A stretch of DNA of 64,000 nt, from assembly GCA_016194935.1 (NCBI GenBank), contig JACQAO010000002.1, positions 852 through 64,851 on the forward strand. The letters are read 5' to 3'. The translations under genes and the position numbers were made by a program. How positions within the stretch are numbered: the first letter of the stretch is position 1; every line of letters starts with the position of its first letter. Positions 59,714 to 64,000 of the stretch are shown here, one piece after another. A model generated the notes under the pieces. That model made no database searches and was not told the DNA's origin. It saw only the letters and a list, made by a program, of their open reading frames with translations. The DNA comes from Betaproteobacteria bacterium. Its GTDB lineage: Bacteria; Pseudomonadota; Gammaproteobacteria; Burkholderiales; Rhodocyclaceae.

Positions 59714-61303
59714 TTACAGTTTCTGCAAGATGCGTAAAGAGAATTTTGGCGTTTCGACATTTGATGTAGCCTCCTCGGTGCTTTTCAGGGTCTTGGTAGA
59801 CTCAACGTCAAAGGGCAGTTTGAGGATATGTATTTGCAGCGTGTCGCCGCCTTTGCGCAAGCTTGCGGCGAATGCGTCGATGAGGCTTTTCAGGGCGCGC
59901 TCATCGTTTTTCAGCGCCATTGGCAACTCTGCATATATGTCGGTGATGATGCTCAGGTCGTTGCCGGTGCTTGCGGCTGGACCCGTGACGGGTGAGACAT
60001 TGCCGGATGCCTGGACGCCGCCGGTGTTGCTGCCGATCCGCCAGTCGATGCGGTTAATTTCGATCTGCGGCGATGTCTGGAGGGCGTCGCTGATGCGCTG
60101 ATAGGCCGGCTCCAGAGTGGCGGAATTCTTCACCAGCTTGTCGTAGCGGTCTATCAAGGCACGCAGTACATCGTTGCCAAAGGGCATGGCTGGCAGCGTC
60201 TTGAGCGCAGCGGCGTACTGCCGGTCGATACTTTCCGTCTGGCGGCGGAGTTGCTCGGTTTGGTTGCGCAACTGGTCGAGCCGGAACATCTGGAACCCGG
60301 AAAACAGCAGGCAGGCAAGCAGGATCGCCGCGCCGCTGACATTCAGCACGAAGCGTATCTGCCACAGGCTATGCAGCCGTCGCGCCGAGGAATCCACGAA
60401 TTGCCGGCGCGGCGGCTTGCGCGCCAGCAGATGCAGGAACAGTGTTTCAGAGTATGAACTCTGCGAACTCTGCGAACTCTGTGAACTTTGAAGCGGCGTC
60501 TTGAGGCCCAGTTGCCGCGCCTCGGCGGACAGGTCGAGGAACTCGAAGCGCAGTTCGTTGGAGTCGCGGCAGCTTGCGCGGAAGCTCTCGGCCTGGGACG
60601 GATGGACCAATACCTGCGTCTTCAAGACCGTGTTGCGGCCGATCATGCGGTTGCCGATCAGGTACTGGTAAATTCTCGCCGACTCGACCGCGCAAGCGCG
60701 TGCACTTTCCTCCAGGCCACTCCCGGTCAGCGGTGTCAGGCGGGAAAAGCGCAGTTGACCGTCTTCGAAAAAAGTCTGACGCAAGCCAGCGCTGGTCATG
60801 ACCGCCAGCAGAAATTGTGTTGCCGCCGGTTGAGACTTGGCGGTGCGCGCGGAGACAAAGGCGGCGGCAATCAGGGGCAGTGAATAGACCCCGGCGAGCT
60901 GGCATTCGGCGCTGTGCAGTGCGTTGAGCCAGGGTTCGAAATGCTGGGGGCGCGTCAGCGCAGCGAACAGCATTTTATCGTCGCGCCGCCCGGTTTTCTC
61001 GCGGCCCAGCGGCAGCGCCAGGCTCAGCGGCGTGCCGTAAAAATACTGGTCGAGCTTGCGCTTCAACAAGGCGGTGCGGTCGCGCCCTTGCACATGCGGC
61101 ACGACGTCGACCTGATAACCTTCTTCGACCACGTCGGCGAGCAGGTGGAAGATGCTCTGCCTGTGCTGGACGAGGTAGTCGAGGAAGGCCTCCAGTCCCT
61201 GGCTATCGGCGGGAAAGCTACCCTCCGCTGTCAGTTGCCCCGCCTGCCAGCGGTAGGCGGACAGGCGGTTGGCGTCGAGATAGAAGAGGCGGCGTTGCGG
61301 CAT
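59714..61303 (-). CDS. GspL / PilM-PilN-fusion-like assembly protein (tentative)
   Basis: About 300-aa cytoplasmic domain, Ser/Gln linker, single TM (VLNVSGAAILLACLLFSGFQMF), coiled-coil and a periplasmic domain. Lies directly downstream of the platform gene. Confidence 0.45.
   Translation of the reverse strand: MPQRRLFYLDANRLSAYRWQAGQLTAEGSFPADSQGLEAFLDYLVQHRQSIFHLLADVVEEGYQVDVVPHVQGRDRTALLKRKLDQYFYGTPLSLALPLGREKTGRRDDKMLFAALTRPQHFEPWLNALHSAECQLAGVYSLPLIAAAFVSARTAKSQPAATQFLLAVMTSAGLRQTFFEDGQLRFSRLTPLTGSGLEESARACAVESARIYQYLIGNRMIGRNTVLKTQVLVHPSQAESFRASCRDSNELRFEFLDLSAEARQLGLKTPLQSSQSSQSSQSSYSETLFLHLLARKPPRRQFVDSSARRLHSLWQIRFVLNVSGAAILLACLLFSGFQMFRLDQLRNQTEQLRRQTESIDRQYAAALKTLPAMPFGNDVLRALIDRYDKLVKNSATLEPAYQRISDALQTSPQIEINRIDWRIGSNTGGVQASGNVSPVTGPAASTGNDLSIITDIYAELPMALKNDERALKSLIDAFAASLRKGGDTLQIHILKLPFDVESTKTLKSTEEATSNVETPKFSLRILQKL
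60456..60490. repeat. in-frame 9-nt tandem repeat (about 3.8 copies) inside the GspL-like gene
   Basis: GAACTCTGC GAACTCTGC GAACTCTGT GAACTTTG on the plus strand. Encodes QSSQSSQSSQSS on the minus strand. Confidence 0.9.
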
Positions 61304-61313
61304 GATGTGATGT

Positions 61314-62513
61314 TCAGGTCTTGAGCTTGGCGATGATGTCGTAGATCGGTCCCAGCACGGCGATCATTACCCAGCCCAGAATCAGGCCGACGATCATGGT
61401 CATGGCCGGTTCAATCATGGTTTGCACGCGCTCGATGGATTCTTTCACATCGCGGTTGTAAAAATAGCCGACGTTGATCAACGCCTTGTCGAGTCCGCCG
61501 GTGTTCTCGCCGACCCGCAGCATGCGGATCACCAGCGGCGGGAACAAATGGATATTCTCGAAGGCGGCGGTGACGTTCTGTCCATCCGCGATCATCTGGC
61601 CGGCGCGTTTCAAGCCATCCCGGATGACCACATTGCCGACCACATCCTCGGTGGTCTGGATCGAATCGATGATGGGAATTCCCGAAGCGTAGAGCATGGC
61701 GAAGACGCTGGCGAAGCGGGAGAGGATGATCTTGCGGAGGATTTCGCCGACGTAGGGAATCGCCAGCTTGAAGCTGTCGTAGCGGTAACGCGCCACTGAA
61801 TTGGTACGCACGGCGATGGTGACAAAAACCGCGAGCAGCACCGGCGCGATGATGATGACATACCAGTAGTTAACGAAAAAATCGGAAGTGGCCATCAGTA
61901 CCTTGGTCTGCATCGGCAGTTCCTGGCCCATGTTCTTGATGAAGCCGGCCATCTTCGGCACCAGGTAGATCATCATGAAAAAAGTCACGCCCACCACCAC
62001 CACGCCGAGAAAAGCCGGGTACATGACGAGCTTCTTGGTTTGCGAGGCCAGCTCGTCCTGCCACTTGAGGGAATCAACCAGGTTTTGCAGCACGCCCGGC
62101 AGGTTGCCTGTGTCTTCGCCGGCGCGCACCAGGCTGATGAACACTTCGTCGAAAATCCGCGGATGTTCGGACATGGCTTGCGACAAAGTCTTGCCGCCCT
62201 CGATGCTTTCGATCATGCCGGCGATGACTTCCTTGAATTGCGGATGCGACAGGCTGTCGCGCAGGTCGGTGAGTCCTTCGAGTATCGGCACGCCGGCGCG
62301 GGTCAATTGCTCCAGGTGGAAGCAGAAGTTAATCAGCTCGCGGCGCGGCACCTTGGCGCTGTGCAACATGCCGCCCTGCTTGACGGGATCGCCGTTGATG
62401 AAATCCAGGTCGATGCGCTTCAGGCGCATTTCCAGGTCGATCAGGTTGGCGGCTTCCATCTGCCCGCTGACTGAGCGGCCAATCGGGTTCATCGCCTTGT
62501 AGGCGAACAGCAT
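61314..62513 (-). CDS. type II secretion / type IV pilus platform protein (GspF/PilC family)
   Basis: Two T2SF repeats (e.g. LSQAMSEHPRIFDEVFISLVRAGEDTG and AFENIHLFPPLVIRMLRVGENTG), three TM segments. Confidence 0.9.
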   Translation of the reverse strand: MLFAYKAMNPIGRSVSGQMEAANLIDLEMRLKRIDLDFINGDPVKQGGMLHSAKVPRRELINFCFHLEQLTRAGVPILEGLTDLRDSLSHPQFKEVIAGMIESIEGGKTLSQAMSEHPRIFDEVFISLVRAGEDTGNLPGVLQNLVDSLKWQDELASQTKKLVMYPAFLGVVVVGVTFFMMIYLVPKMAGFIKNMGQELPMQTKVLMATSDFFVNYWYVIIIAPVLLAVFVTIAVRTNSVARYRYDSFKLAIPYVGEILRKIILSRFASVFAMLYASGIPIIDSIQTTEDVVGNVVIRDGLKRAGQMIADGQNVTAAFENIHLFPPLVIRMLRVGENTGGLDKALINVGYFYNRDVKESIERVQTMIEPAMTMIVGLILGWVMIAVLGPIYDIIAKLKT

Positions 62514-64000
62514 TACATGCGCTCCGTCAGATCAACCACTCGCAATACTTCTTCCAGCGAGGTGGTGCCGTCGCGCACGCGCCGCAGGCCGTCCTCGGCG
62601 AGCGGACGGAAGCCCTTGGCCAGCGCGGCATTGCGAATTTCGCGGACAGTGGCGCGGCGGGCAATCAATTCGTCGATGTCGCCATCCATGCGCAGCAGTT
62701 CCATGATCGCCACCCGCCCGCGAAAGCCCTGGTAGCCGCAGGCTTCGCAGCCGGCGGCGCGGTACAGGGTGGGCGCCGGCTGCTGCTTGTCGTGGTCGAG
62801 CAGGCGGCATTCGCGTTGCTCGGCCTGGTAAGGCCGGCGGCACTTGGTGCACAGCTTGCGCAACAGGCGCTGGGCGATCACGCCGATGATGTTGCCGGCC
62901 ATGATGTCGGGCAGGATGCCGATGTCCTGGAGACGCGGGATCACGCCGATGGCGGAGTTGGTGTGCAGCGTCGAATACACCTGGTGACCGGTCATGGCGG
63001 CGCGGAAGGCCATTTCGGCGGTTTCCGCGTCGCGGATTTCGCCGACCAGGATCACGTCCGGATCCTGCCGCATCATCGAGCGGATGCCATTGGCGAAATC
63101 CAGCTTGGCGGCTTCCGCCACCGAGGTCTGGCGGATCATCGCCATCGGGTATTCGACCGGGTCTTCGAGGGTCATCACGTTGATGCTTTCCTCGTTGATG
63201 TGGTTCAACACCGAATACAGCGTGGTGGTTTTGCCGCTGCCGGTGGGGCCGGTGACCAGGATGATGCCCTCGGGGCGGGCGATCATCTTCTTGAGCATCT
63301 CCAGGTGATGTTCGTCCAGCCCCAGGCCGTCAATCGGCACGATGCCTTTCTCCCGGTCGAGGATGCGCAGCACCACGTTTTCGCCGTGGATGGTCGGCTG
63401 CGCCGCGACGCGAAAGTCGACCGCGCGACCGCTGATGTTGAGGGAGATGCGGCCATCCTGCGGGGCGCGGGTCTCGGCGATGTTCATGCCGCCCATCACC
63501 TTGAGGCGCACCGTCATGGCCGGCCAGTAGGATTTGTGCAGGGCGCGAATCTGCCGCAAGATGCCGTCGATGCGGTAGCGGATGCGCAGGAAGCTGGCCT
63601 CCGGCTCGAAGTGGATGTCGGAGACTTCGCGCTTGACGGCGTCGGTCAGCAAGGCATCCACCAGCCGCACCACCGGCTGGCTGTATTCGTCGAGCGAGGC
63701 GGCGATGCTGCGGTAGTCGATTTCGCCGGTCTCGATTTCGTTGAGGATGCCGTCTATCGACAGTTCATGGCCGTAATACAGGTCGATGGCGCGGGCGATT
63801 TCCGATTCGCCGGCAAGCAGCGTGTCGATCAGCAATTCGCGGGTGGTGAGCGAACGCAGCCGGTCCAGCGCGACGATGTCGTTGAAATCGGCGATGGCCA
63901 CCGTCAGGCGATTTTGCTCGGCGTGGTAGTCCAGCGGCAGCAGTTTGTGACGCTTCGCCAGTTCGTGCGGAACCAGGCGCAGCGCGGTCGGATCGATGAT
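62513..64000 (-). CDS. GspE/PilB-family secretion ATPase, 5'-partial (continues beyond the window end)
   Basis: Walker A GPTGSGKTT, Walker B ILVGEIRD, tetracysteine CTKC...CEAC. The frame stays open upstream of the track GTG (63901) to nt 64000. Those 33 codons read IIDPTALRLVPHELAKRHKLLPLDYHAEQNRLTV, a typical T2SSE_N domain. Confidence 0.9.
   Translation of the reverse strand: MIDPTALRLVPHELAKRHKLLPLDYHAEQNRLTVAIADFNDIVALDRLRSLTTRELLIDTLLAGESEIARAIDLYYGHELSIDGILNEIETGEIDYRSIAASLDEYSQPVVRLVDALLTDAVKREVSDIHFEPEASFLRIRYRIDGILRQIRALHKSYWPAMTVRLKVMGGMNIAETRAPQDGRISLNISGRAVDFRVAAQPTIHGENVVLRILDREKGIVPIDGLGLDEHHLEMLKKMIARPEGIILVTGPTGSGKTTTLYSVLNHINEESINVMTLEDPVEYPMAMIRQTSVAEAAKLDFANGIRSMMRQDPDVILVGEIRDAETAEMAFRAAMTGHQVYSTLHTNSAIGVIPRLQDIGILPDIMAGNIIGVIAQRLLRKLCTKCRRPYQAEQRECRLLDHDKQQPAPTLYRAAGCEACGYQGFRGRVAIMELLRMDGDIDELIARRATVREIRNAALAKGFRPLAEDGLRRVRDGTTSLEEVLRVVDLTERM

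Noticed and set aside
63899-63901. GTG at 63901 as the true start of the secretion ATPase
   Set aside because: The frame is open to the window edge, and the extra 33 codons encode a recognisable T2SSE_N segment. The gene is therefore truncated by the window, not started here.

Overview
GC-rich, densely coding chromosomal segment from a Gram-negative bacterium. A beta-proteobacterial origin is my inference from gene content, not a search result.

- 1-11.4 kb: a sulfide module (sigma-54 activator, type I sulfide:quinone oxidoreductase, adaptor-less RND pump coupled to a DUF2892 membrane protein). It is followed by a CHASE histidine kinase with two unusual response regulators (REC-GHKL and REC-PAS-PP2C).
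- 11.4-23 kb: DUF4202 protein, a translationally coupled dehydrogenase / MBL hydrolase / PAS-GGDEF-EAL operon, Y-family polymerase, FKBP, ybdL-like aminotransferase, and an Hpt-HD-GYP / REC-TPR / soluble kinase triad.
- 23-33.3 kb: a complete glycerol regulon (six-gene ABC uptake system plus glpD, with divergent glpR-glpK).
- 33.4-49.3 kb: RelE-like TA pair, glnS, crcB, a MITE-like inverted-repeat element, hrpA, EI24-like and CinA-like genes, phasin, DMT transporter, crotonase, lptA-lptC-kdsC-kdsD and a CPA2 antiporter.
- 49.3-64 kb is the accessory part. Two small cassettes (a nucleotidyltransferase-fold gene and vapBC) are bounded by three copies of the antiporter gene 3' end.
- A type IV pilus / T2SS-like cluster follows. 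It has a pilin with a textbook sigma-54 promoter, an orphan polytopic kinase, a pseudopilin, and a 995-aa PilX-N-type protein whose legume-lectin-like domain is split by three tandem repeats. A Phd-VapC module is inserted inside the operon. GspM/GspL-like proteins, a GspF platform and a GspE ATPase that runs off the window end complete it.

I recognised no rRNA, tRNA, CRISPR, transposase or integrase genes. All calls rest on reading motifs in the supplied translations and inspecting the nucleotides by hand. No database search or folding computation was possible, and start codons are approximate.
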